From positions 74,914 through 138,913 of the forward strand of contig JACTMJ010000002.1 in the NCBI GenBank assembly GCA_014584705.1: a stretch of DNA of 64,000 nt, read 5' to 3'. Of the stretch, positions 36,229 to 44,673 are shown in pieces. Every line of letters begins with the position of its first letter. The first letter of the stretch is position 1. The notes beneath the pieces were generated by a model. It was not told the DNA's origin. It ran no database searches and was given only the letters and a program-made list of their open reading frames with translations. Position numbers and translations under genes: made by a program. This DNA is from Acidobacteriota bacterium (GTDB lineage Bacteria > Acidobacteriota > Terriglobia > Bryobacterales > Bryobacteraceae).

Positions 36229-37077
36229 ATGAGTTCCGTTTCCGTTGATCGACGTGGATTTCTTGGAGCCGCGGCCGCGGCTGCCAGTTTGGCTACCGTG
36301 TCGCCGTCCGCAACGGCGGCGGTTGGCGGAAAGAAGCCGCAGTTTCAGCTCTCGGTGGCGTCGTATTCGCTCCGCAAGTTTGATCGCGCCGCCACCATCA
36401 AGATGGTGAAGGATCTGGGCATCACGAATATCTGTATTAAGTTGTTCCACATGCCCTACGAATCCACTCCGGCGCAACTCGCTCAGTACCGCAAGGAGTT
36501 CGAGGACGCAGGGCTGAAGATCGTGGGCGGCGGAACCGTAACCTTGCAGAAGGAAGACGAGAACGATATTCGCAGCTATTTCGAATATGCGAAGAATGCC
36601 GGGATGCCAATGATGGTGATCGCGCCGACCGTGAAGACGCTCCCGATGATTGAGAAATTCGTAAAGGAGTACAACATCGCGGTGGCCATTCATAACCATG
36701 GCACCGAGGACAAGCACTTCCCCGGCCCGCAGGACGTTCTGCCGCATATCAAGAACATGGATCCACGGGTGGGCCTCTGCATCGATCTCGGACACACCGC
36801 CCGCACCGGCATCGACGTCGTTAAGGCGGTTCAGATGGGCGGCAAGCGGATTCTCGATATTCACATGAAGGATCTGGCGAACCTGATGCAGAAGGATTCG
36901 CAGGTCGCCGTCGGCCGCGGCGCGATGCCGGTTGCGAAGATCTTTCAGACTCTCGCCAACATTGGCTATACCCATTGCGTGGGTCTCGAGTACGAAATCC
37001 ACGCCGACGATCCCTATCCGGGCATGCTCGAATCGATTGCCTACCAGCGGGGAATTCTGGCGGCCATGAACGTTTAG
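36229..37077 (+). CDS. Tat-exported sugar phosphate isomerase/epimerase (xylose isomerase-like TIM barrel)
   Basis: GGAAGGAGAA RBS before ATG 36229. Twin-arginine signal VDRRGFLGAAAAAASLA. TIM-barrel family pattern (VAIHNHGTEDKHF, CIDLGHTARTG, HMKD). Confidence 0.8.
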   Translation: MSSVSVDRRGFLGAAAAAASLATVSPSATAAVGGKKPQFQLSVASYSLRKFDRAATIKMVKDLGITNICIKLFHMPYESTPAQLAQYRKEFEDAGLKIVGGGTVTLQKEDENDIRSYFEYAKNAGMPMMVIAPTVKTLPMIEKFVKEYNIAVAIHNHGTEDKHFPGPQDVLPHIKNMDPRVGLCIDLGHTARTGIDVVKAVQMGGKRILDIHMKDLANLMQKDSQVAVGRGAMPVAKIFQTLANIGYTHCVGLEYEIHADDPYPGMLESIAYQRGILAAMNV

Positions 37078-37165
37078 CCCGGCGGCGATTCGCGCCGGAG
37101 TCGAGCGAGGCCCCGGCGCGCCTCCGCTCTCATTGGAACTCCCGGACAGGCAGCGGGAGGCACCG

Positions 37166-38590
37166 TCAGGCCACGCTGCCGTCGTATACCTGCAATCCCC
37201 TCAGACGAATCGGCCCGATCGCGTTCTGAATGCGCAGCCGCAGGGCCACAGCGCGGACTTCGGGAAAGAGGTGAATGCGCTTGCTCCCGATCGTCGTCCC
37301 GCGGGCGATCTCCGTCCAGACCGTTGGGTGCGCCGGATCTTTCGCCACTTCGACTGCATGAGCGGCGATGGTCTGCCCGTCTCCCAGCCATTCACGCAGC
37401 AGCACCCGGTCAAACCGGAGAGGCTTCCCGAATTGCGCGACCACGTCGAGCGACCTCTCCGACGCCGGCGGCGCGAACTGGCTGTTTGCGTCAACGTCGA
37501 GCAGCACAGAAAGATCCGGAAGGGGCTGGCCGCCCGACGCCGTAGAACCGGCATGTGCGCTTCGAAGTACCGTTCCGCCTCCGAGCAGCGGCTTGCCATA
37601 GACCCGGTTCAGCAGCGCGCCGAACTCCCGAAGACGCGCAACATCCGATTCCGGCATCAAGCCGCGATTGTCGGGCGCCAACCCCAGCACCAGTTGCGCG
37701 CCACGCCCTACGGTCTTGTGGTACGTCTCCGCGAGCTCATCAAGGGACTTGAGGCTCTTCTCGTCATTCGGGTGCCAGAACCAGTGCCGCTTGCGCAGGG
37801 GCGTGTCGGCCTCCACCGGGCGGTAGCGCAGGTAGCCCAGGCGGTCAACGACGTTCCAATTCTCCTCGGAGGCATAGCCATCCTCGTTGCCCACCCAGCG
37901 AACGTCGCCGTATTGCAGGAAGCCCGTATCGGCGAAAATGTTGGCGTTGGGCTGGTAGGTGCGAATGGTTTTTACGTATCGATCGAAATCGTAGACGTGA
38001 CCCTCGCTGCCCGCGCCATCCAGCCAGATCTCCACGAGTTCACCGTAGCGTGTGCAAAGCTCGCGCATCTGATTGTCGTAATAGGCGTCGTACTTAGCGC
38101 TCTCCTTGTAGGCGGGCTCATGCCGGTCCCACGGCGAGAGATAGATCCCGAACTTGAGCCCGTGCCGGCGGCAGGCGTGCTCCACCTCCTTCACGAGGTC
38201 TCCCTTCCCTCCGCGCCAGGGGCTGCTCTTGACACTGTAGTCGGTATAGCGCGAAGGCCACAGGCAGAAGCCGTCGTGGTGCTTCGCCACCATTACGAGA
38301 TAGCGCGCCCCGCCCGCCTTCGCGGCCAGCACCCACTGCTCCGCGTCAAGCTGCTTTGGATCGAAGACGGAAGGCTCCGCCGTGCCGTCACCCCACTCGC
38401 GATCCTGAAAGCTATTGGGGCCGAAATGGATCAACACGCCGATCTCGAGGTCCTGCCACGCAATCTGTTGCGGCTTCGGCTTGGTATCCACAAAGCTTTG
38501 GCCGGCAAGTGCGGAAACGAGCGCCGGCGCAAGCGGAACGGATCGCAGCAGGGATCGGCGGGAGAGCAGCCAATGCGGATGCGGTTTCAT
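37166..38590 (-). CDS. alpha-L-fucosidase, GH29 family, with C-terminal discoidin-like module
   Basis: Tat-like signal SRRSLLRSV. GH29 motifs GVLIHFGPNSF and VMVAKHHDGFCLWPS. About 120-aa C-terminal beta-sandwich-like extension. Confidence 0.88.
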   Translation of the reverse strand: MKPHPHWLLSRRSLLRSVPLAPALVSALAGQSFVDTKPKPQQIAWQDLEIGVLIHFGPNSFQDREWGDGTAEPSVFDPKQLDAEQWVLAAKAGGARYLVMVAKHHDGFCLWPSRYTDYSVKSSPWRGGKGDLVKEVEHACRRHGLKFGIYLSPWDRHEPAYKESAKYDAYYDNQMRELCTRYGELVEIWLDGAGSEGHVYDFDRYVKTIRTYQPNANIFADTGFLQYGDVRWVGNEDGYASEENWNVVDRLGYLRYRPVEADTPLRKRHWFWHPNDEKSLKSLDELAETYHKTVGRGAQLVLGLAPDNRGLMPESDVARLREFGALLNRVYGKPLLGGGTVLRSAHAGSTASGGQPLPDLSVLLDVDANSQFAPPASERSLDVVAQFGKPLRFDRVLLREWLGDGQTIAAHAVEVAKDPAHPTVWTEIARGTTIGSKRIHLFPEVRAVALRLRIQNAIGPIRLRGLQVYDGSVA

Positions 38591-38773
38591 GGCGCTGGCA
38601 TCGTATCACGAACGGGCGGCGCGCATCGTGGCGCAACCGTTCAGCCGAGGAGAACATGCCGCGGAATCGTGTTCCTCTTCCCCTGGACGTCCGCGTTCAT
38701 TCCCATTTCTTATCGAATAATCCGAATTGCATCCCGAAACTGCCTGGGAGATACTTTTACCGGTGCGGTCGCT

Positions 38774-39985
38774 ATGACGAATACAACTTTTCCCCACGAT
38801 GAAACCTCCGCAGGGAAGATCCTGCAGGCGCTCGATTCCTTCGAGATTGAAGTGCCTTCCTGGGGCTTCGCGAATACGGGAACGCGCTTCGGGAAGTTCA
38901 TTCAGGCTTCGGCAGCCACCTCCACCGAAGAGAAGCTGAGCGATGCGGGCCGCGTGCATGCCGTCACGGGCTGCTGCCCCAGTGTGGCCGTCCACGTGCT
39001 TTGGGATTTTCCGGATGGTATCGCCGGCGTCGAAGCAGTCCGGCTTGCGGCGGCGAGGCATGGCGTCCGCATCGGGTCAATCAACCCAAACGTGTTCCAG
39101 GATCAGATTTACAAGCACGGCTCCCTGGGGAATCCCGACCCCCATGTCCGCACCAAGGCGGAGGAGCACATCGCGGATTGCATTGAGATCGCGCGCCGGA
39201 CGGGAAGCCGCGACATCTCGCTGTGGTTCGCCGATGGCTCCAGCTTCCCGGGCACAGCCAACATTCGCGGGCGCAAGAAACACTTCGCCGAGGCACTCCA
39301 CCGTCTGCACGAGCAGATGGACCCCTCCCAGCGCATGCTGGTCGAATACAAGCCGTTCGAGCCCGCGTTCTATCACACCGACATTGCGGACTGGGGCATG
39401 GCCTACATCCTCGCCAAACAGGCCGGGGAGCGCGCCAAGGTGCTGGTCGATACAGGGCATCACTATCAGGCGCAGAATATCGAGCAGATTGTCGCCTGGC
39501 TACTCAGTGAGAACGCCCTGGGCGGCTTCCACTTCAATGACCGCCGATACGGCGACGACGATCTGACGCTTGGTTCGATTGACCCCTATCAGGTCTTCCG
39601 CATCTTTGCCGAGATTCTCTATTTCGAGTGGGAACACGGCGAGCGTGCCGACATCGCCTACATGGTGGACCAGAGCCACAACCTCAAGAACAAAGTGGAA
39701 GAGATGATCCAGACCGCGACCACCGCGCAGGAACTCTACGCGAAGGCGGCCCTCATTGACTTCGGCCGACTGGCGACGCTGCAAAGCCGTTCGGCGCTGG
39801 TGGATGCGGAAGAGGTCTATCGCGACGCATTCTCGACCGACGTACGCCCGCTGCTGCGGGAGTGGCGCATGGCACGGGGCCTCCCGGAACATCCACTGCG
39901 GGCATACCGCGAAAGCGGGTACACCGAAGCGCAGGAGAAGGCGCGCGGCGAGAAGAATCGAGCGCGGACCGCCAGCTACGCCTGA
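38774..39985 (+). CDS. L-rhamnose isomerase-type sugar isomerase (RhaI family, TIM barrel)
   Basis: Start at ATG 38774, in frame within the 950-aa longest ORF. FEIEVPSWGFANTGTRFGKF, SINPNVFQD, VEYKPFEP and VDTGHH are typical of the actinobacterial/Pseudomonas stutzeri-type L-RhI family. Confidence 0.8.
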   Translation: MTNTTFPHDETSAGKILQALDSFEIEVPSWGFANTGTRFGKFIQASAATSTEEKLSDAGRVHAVTGCCPSVAVHVLWDFPDGIAGVEAVRLAAARHGVRIGSINPNVFQDQIYKHGSLGNPDPHVRTKAEEHIADCIEIARRTGSRDISLWFADGSSFPGTANIRGRKKHFAEALHRLHEQMDPSQRMLVEYKPFEPAFYHTDIADWGMAYILAKQAGERAKVLVDTGHHYQAQNIEQIVAWLLSENALGGFHFNDRRYGDDDLTLGSIDPYQVFRIFAEILYFEWEHGERADIAYMVDQSHNLKNKVEEMIQTATTAQELYAKAALIDFGRLATLQSRSALVDAEEVYRDAFSTDVRPLLREWRMARGLPEHPLRAYRESGYTEAQEKARGEKNRARTASYA

Positions 39986-40006
39986 GCCTTTCACATCCCG
40001 ATCAAG

Positions 40007-41335
40007 TTGGAATCCACCAGAATCGTGCGCCAATTCATTGAACGATACTTCGACTTCGAAGCGCTGGGCACCAATCTGCGAACGGAGGTGCTGGCCGGGT
40101 TCACCACGTTCCTGACGATGGCGTACATCATCTTTGTGAACCCGTCCATCCTCAGCCAGACGGGGATGCCCGCCGCGGCGGTGACCGCGGCCACCTGCCT
40201 CTCGGCTGCGTTCGGAAGCCTTGCAATGGGAATCGTTGCGCGCTATCCCATCGCGCTCGCCCCCGGAATGGGATTGAATGCATATTTCACCTATGTGGTT
40301 TGCCTGGAGATGGGCATTCCATGGCAAGCGGCGTTGGGCGCAGTGTTTCTCTCCGGCGTCGCCTTTCTGCTTCTGACGATGGCGGGTGTACGTCAACTCG
40401 TGATCGCCGCCATCCCGGCGGAACTCTATGCGTCGGTCGCCGCCGGGATCGGGCTGTTCATCGCCTTCATTGGCCTGCACAATGCGGGCATCATCGTCGC
40501 TGACCCCGCAACCCTGGTTGCCCTTGGAAATCTCCGCAACCCGTCCACCGCACTGGCGATTGCGGGACTGCTTCTGATCGCCATCCTGATGGCCTTTCGG
40601 ATTCGGGCCGCCATGCTGATCGGCGTGCTGGCGACGGCCGCGGCCGGAGCGATTTTCGGTCTCGTCCCCTGGCAGCCACAGCCTTACCGCTTCTCCGAGA
40701 TCACCGCTACTGCCTTCCAGTTCGACATCGCCGGCGCGCTGTCCCTGGGCTTTCTGGAAGTCATGTTCGTGTTCCTCTTCGTGGATCTCTTCGACAACAT
40801 CGGCACGCTTGTAGCCGTGGGAAAACAGGCGAAATTGTTCGACCGGGAAGGGCATATTCCACGAATCCAGCGGATTCTGTATGCCGACGCCACCGCCACG
40901 CTCGTGGGCTCGGCGGCGGGCACATCGACGGTGGTGAGCTACATCGAGAGCGCCGCCGGGGTGGCCGTGGGAGGCCGCACGGGGTTCACCGCCGTTGTCG
41001 TCGGATTGCTCTTTCTGGCGGCAATGTTCATCGCCCCCGTCTTCGGCGTTGTACCGGTAGCAGCGACGGCTCCCGCTCTCATCGTCGTCGGTTCCCTGAT
41101 GATGACCGCCGCTTCGGAGATCGAGTGGCACAAACCCGCAATCGCGATTCCGGCCTTCCTCACGCTGATTACGATTCCGCTCACCTTCAGCATCGCCAAC
41201 GGATTGGCGTTCGGCTTCACGGCCTATGCGATCATCCAGGTATTCCTGCCCGAACGCAGGCGGGTAAACTGGTTGGTTTATGTCCTTGCGGCGCTCTTCA
41301 TCGCTCGATTCGTATACCTTGCGCGCGGGCACTAG
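40007..41335 (+). CDS. NCS2/AzgA-family purine (adenine/guanine/hypoxanthine) permease
   Basis: FDFEALGTNLRTEVLAGFTTFLTMAYIIFVNPSIL is the family-typical N-terminus. About 12 TM segments. Confidence 0.9.
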   Translation: MESTRIVRQFIERYFDFEALGTNLRTEVLAGFTTFLTMAYIIFVNPSILSQTGMPAAAVTAATCLSAAFGSLAMGIVARYPIALAPGMGLNAYFTYVVCLEMGIPWQAALGAVFLSGVAFLLLTMAGVRQLVIAAIPAELYASVAAGIGLFIAFIGLHNAGIIVADPATLVALGNLRNPSTALAIAGLLLIAILMAFRIRAAMLIGVLATAAAGAIFGLVPWQPQPYRFSEITATAFQFDIAGALSLGFLEVMFVFLFVDLFDNIGTLVAVGKQAKLFDREGHIPRIQRILYADATATLVGSAAGTSTVVSYIESAAGVAVGGRTGFTAVVVGLLFLAAMFIAPVFGVVPVAATAPALIVVGSLMMTAASEIEWHKPAIAIPAFLTLITIPLTFSIANGLAFGFTAYAIIQVFLPERRRVNWLVYVLAALFIARFVYLARGH

Positions 41336-41345
41336 TCGAACTTTG

Positions 41346-42260
41346 ATGCGCAGTCTTGGGAATTTCAGCCTGGCGTTCATCGCGGTGCTGGCGCTGACGG
41401 TGGCTTGCAGCGGCACGCAACCGTCGTCTTCCGCGGATGCGCGCTCATCAACGTCCGTGGACATCCTCGTGCAAGGCGCGGAGTTGAGCGAACTGGGGCC
41501 GCTTCTGGCAGCGCTCGAAGAGCAGCGCGAAGTGCGCATTGGCACCTGGTACTTCTGGGTGGGTACGATCGCTGGCAAGTCCGCCGTTGTATCCCTGACG
41601 GAGGTGGGGCCGATGAATGCAAGCGCGGCGACGGCGCTCGCAATCGACCACTGGAAACCGCGCGTAATCGTGAACCAGGGCACGAGCGGCGCGCACGACC
41701 CCCGTCTTAAAGTCCGCGATATTGTCCTCGGCGTGAAGAACGTCGAATTCAATGCGTACAAGACCACACCCGGCAAAACGGGCGAGGGAATCTCACTCGA
41801 CCGTGTGACGCCCACCACAACCAAAATGCGGATTGGCAATGTGGAGAACCGGGTGAGCTTCACCTACTTCCCCAGCCATCCGCAACTCGTGGCTCAGGCG
41901 TTGCGCGTGCCCTACAAGCGGGGCCGGGTGCTTCCCGGAATCGTGGGGAGCGGACACCAGTGGAACCGCGAAATGGACCGGATTGAATGGTTGCGGAAAA
42001 CCTACGGAAGCGATGTGGAAGACATGGAAAGCACCTACGTGGCGGCCGTTGCCTACGCCTTCCGGATTCCCTTCCTATCCGTTCGCATCGTTTCTGACTC
42101 TGAGTTCTATAGCCCGCGGTTCATCCGGGAAACGGGCGGCGAATGCGCGGAGTTCGTCCTTGATTTCATTCGCGCCGCGGATTTCAGCAGCCTCACACCC
42201 GTTACTCACGACGCTTTGCCGGATGCCACTCTGCCGGCGACGCTTCCAGTGGCGCCGTAG
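41346..42260 (+). CDS. lipoprotein of the PNP/UDP phosphorylase superfamily (MTA/SAH-nucleosidase-like)
   Basis: Lipobox LALTVAC-SG. Nucleosidase-type motifs VIVNQGTSGAHD and DMESTYVAAVAYAFRIPFLSVRIVSDSE. Confidence 0.75.
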   Translation: MRSLGNFSLAFIAVLALTVACSGTQPSSSADARSSTSVDILVQGAELSELGPLLAALEEQREVRIGTWYFWVGTIAGKSAVVSLTEVGPMNASAATALAIDHWKPRVIVNQGTSGAHDPRLKVRDIVLGVKNVEFNAYKTTPGKTGEGISLDRVTPTTTKMRIGNVENRVSFTYFPSHPQLVAQALRVPYKRGRVLPGIVGSGHQWNREMDRIEWLRKTYGSDVEDMESTYVAAVAYAFRIPFLSVRIVSDSEFYSPRFIRETGGECAEFVLDFIRAADFSSLTPVTHDALPDATLPATLPVAP

Positions 42261-43342
42261 GCGGCGGGTTCTCCCTCAAACCCCACATACTGCACTTCCT
42301 CTTCCAGAAGAATTCCGAAGCGGGCGAACACCGCCTTCTTGAGGCGGGCGATCATGCGGCACAGTTCCTCCGCCGTGGCGCCTCCGGCATTGTAAATGAG
42401 GTTGGCATGGTACGGCGCAATGTGGATTCGGCCCTCCCAGGAATCCTTGGCGCCCACTTGTTCCAGGAACCACGCGGACGGAATCTTCCCTTCCCGAACG
42501 ACCTTGTCGGGAACCTCGGCACGCACCGCGGCAGGCAATTCCGCTTCATGGAGGTTCTTAAAGATGCTGCCCGCGCACTTCAGCGTCGGCGGAAATTTCT
42601 CGTTCCGGATGGCAAGAATTTCGTCCGCCGTCTTTCGCAACCCGGGGCCATCGCCTTCGGAAAACTCCATACGGGCGCGCAGCACAATCCAGTTCCGGTT
42701 CCGTTTGAATACGCTTTCGCGGTAGCGAAACTCGCAGCCTTCCCCGCTCACGTTGCGAATGGTAAAGCCATCAAAGAAGCGCACCGCGCGAACCACTTCG
42801 GAAATCGAGTGTCCGTACGCCCCCGCGTTGCCGTACACGGCGCCGCCCACCGCGCCCGGAATCCCCATCAAGGTTTGAATGCCCTGGAGGTCTTGGTCCA
42901 CGGTGTATCGCACCAAGTCCATCAGTTCGACGCCGGCATCGCACTCCACCATGAGACCCTCGCGGCAGATGGAAGAGGCGGTGTATCGCAACACCGTTCC
43001 CCGAAAACCCGCATCGGAAACCACCAGATTCGTACCGGAGCCGATCACCACATGGGGCCTCCCCTGCTCCCGAAGCAAGGCCAGCGCCGCCGTGAAAGCG
43101 GTCTCATCCGCGGTTTCAATCAGAAGGTCAGCGGGACCGCCGATGCCGAAGCGCGTATATTCGGAAAGGGACGCATCGGGCCTCACGGTGAGGCCCTGAA
43201 TATCCGTGAGCGCGAGTCTGGACGACGTTGCCACGCTCTCATTATAGGGGCGATGGATTGCATCCCCGCGGTATCGGTGCACATCCGAATCTTCGAAAGG
43301 AGCGCGGTTGATGGGGTTCCCGGGATTCTCCAATGCGGGCAT
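42206..43342 (-). CDS. murB: UDP-N-acetylenolpyruvoylglucosamine reductase MurB (start uncertain)
   Basis: FAD-binding domain EYTRFGIGGPADLL...VIGSGTNLVVSD and C-terminal MurB domain KCAGSIFKN. ATG 43342 overlaps the divergent neighbour, so the true start may lie further downstream (for example GTG 43234). Confidence 0.85.
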   Translation of the reverse strand: MPALENPGNPINRAPFEDSDVHRYRGDAIHRPYNESVATSSRLALTDIQGLTVRPDASLSEYTRFGIGGPADLLIETADETAFTAALALLREQGRPHVVIGSGTNLVVSDAGFRGTVLRYTASSICREGLMVECDAGVELMDLVRYTVDQDLQGIQTLMGIPGAVGGAVYGNAGAYGHSISEVVRAVRFFDGFTIRNVSGEGCEFRYRESVFKRNRNWIVLRARMEFSEGDGPGLRKTADEILAIRNEKFPPTLKCAGSIFKNLHEAELPAAVRAEVPDKVVREGKIPSAWFLEQVGAKDSWEGRIHIAPYHANLIYNAGGATAEELCRMIARLKKAVFARFGILLEEEVQYVGFEGEPAAYGATGSVAGRVASGKAS

Positions 43343-44024
43343 CGCCTGGCTGAAGGCGCTGCCCGAGAATAACAATCGGGAGTGGTTTGAGGAGAACAAA
43401 CCCACCTATGAGACGGGAGTGAAGGCACCCATGCTCGCGCTGGTGACTTCCCTGAATGCTGCCCTTGTGGAGCGAATGCCGGAGTATTTTTTAGACCAAC
43501 CGGCGAAGGCGATTTTCCGTATCTATCGGGACATTCGGTTCAGCAAGAACAAGACGCCCTACAAGACGCATTTGGGCGCGGTCTTCAGCCGTCGCGGCAT
43601 GGGCGATAAAGCCTCCGGGCTCTACTTCCAGGTCTCCGCCGAAGGCGTGGGAATCGCCGGCGGAGCCTACATGCCGCCCAATGATTCTCTCCTCGCCATT
43701 CGCACCAGGATCGCCTCGCAGTTTGAAGAGTTTCACGCCATCCTTCAGGAGAAGAAGCTCCGGCGGGTAATGGGCGTACTCCAGGGAGATACTCTCTCTC
43801 GTCCCCCGAAAGGATTCCCGGCCGATCATCCAGGAATCGAGTTGCTCAAGAAGAAGCAGTTCTACTTCTGGAAGGAACTTCCTCCCGAACTGCTCTCTTC
43901 GAAGAAGCTGGAATCGGAGATTCTCAGCCACTTTCTGGTGATGCGGTCCGCGATGCTGTTTCTCGACGACGCGGTGCTCGCCAAACGCCGCACCGCCTCC
44001 AAACGCATGGATTTTCTGAGTTAG
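43311..44024 (+). CDS. DUF2461 (TIGR02453) family protein
   Basis: AAGGAG followed by 8 nt then ATG 43311. FSNAGIAWLKALPENNNREWFEENKPTYE and FRIYRDIRFSKNKTPYKTH are family hallmarks. Confidence 0.85.
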   Translation: MGFPGFSNAGIAWLKALPENNNREWFEENKPTYETGVKAPMLALVTSLNAALVERMPEYFLDQPAKAIFRIYRDIRFSKNKTPYKTHLGAVFSRRGMGDKASGLYFQVSAEGVGIAGGAYMPPNDSLLAIRTRIASQFEEFHAILQEKKLRRVMGVLQGDTLSRPPKGFPADHPGIELLKKKQFYFWKELPPELLSSKKLESEILSHFLVMRSAMLFLDDAVLAKRRTASKRMDFLS

Positions 44025-44153
44025 CGCGGTTCGGCGAGCGGCTGCGACTTGCAGCGCTGGGTTCGCCGTGCCGTCCGCAATCAACGCGTTCCGACGGATT
44101 CCGCCGCAACGGCGAGAACTTCCCGCCGGGGATTCGTTATAGTTTGAATCAGC

Positions 44154-44651
44154 ATGGCATACGTCGCTTTATATCAATCCGCGCATCCGAATTCGGAGGA
44201 AGAAGCGCGTGAGATTTTGGACACTCTGCGGGAGGGCGGTATCGGCACCGTGCGCATCCGGCAGGAGGATGAGCCGGGGGGTGGGGTGCGCTCGTTCCTG
44301 GTAGAGGTGGATTCCTCGGAGATCTACGACGCGCAAGCACTGCTCGAGAAGAAGGGGATCAATGTCGAGGGCCTTGACGCCGGATCCAATGTCGATTTTC
44401 GCGTCGTCTTCTTTTCCGATAAGCATGACTCCGAACCGGAAGCGCTCTCCGTCCAAACGCTTCTCGAAGCGAACGGCATCACGGCCTTTCTCGACGAAAG
44501 TTCTCCGCTGCCGAACTTCCCGCACAAGGTCCTGGTGGCGAGCGCGGACGCCGCGCGAGCGCGCGAAGTGATCGAATCTGCGAGAGCTACCGGACCCATC
44601 GACGCGGAAATTGGGGCCGCGAAGAGCGGCGCTGGAGACGACGCCGCTTGA
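44154..44651 (+). CDS. hypothetical protein (possibly two DUF2007-like modules)
   Basis: 165-aa ORF in an otherwise empty gap. Two similar segments end in ..AQALLEKKGI and ..VQTLLEANGITAF. Weak family guess only. Confidence 0.4.
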   Translation: MAYVALYQSAHPNSEEEAREILDTLREGGIGTVRIRQEDEPGGGVRSFLVEVDSSEIYDAQALLEKKGINVEGLDAGSNVDFRVVFFSDKHDSEPEALSVQTLLEANGITAFLDESSPLPNFPHKVLVASADAARAREVIESARATGPIDAEIGAAKSGAGDDAA

Positions 44652-44673
44652 AGAAGTTCGGCGGTGAGAGAGG

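Noticed and set aside
38690-38735. Imperfect palindrome TCGAATAATCCGA in the divergent fucosidase / isomerase promoter region
   Set aside because: Symmetry is only 10 of 13 positions and there is no second copy. It is a possible sugar-regulator operator but too weak to call.
37133-38773. The first ~547 codons of the 950-aa plus-strand ORF 37133..39985
   Set aside because: This part runs antisense to a well-supported GH29 fucosidase and translates to Arg/Pro/Ala-rich low-complexity sequence. The recognisable isomerase starts at the in-frame ATG 38774. It is a typical high-GC phantom ORF.
39500-41863. 787-aa minus-strand ORF
   Set aside because: It is antisense to the rhaI-type isomerase, the NCS2 permease and the nucleosidase. 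The product is Arg/Gly/Asp-rich and not protein-like. High-GC artefact.
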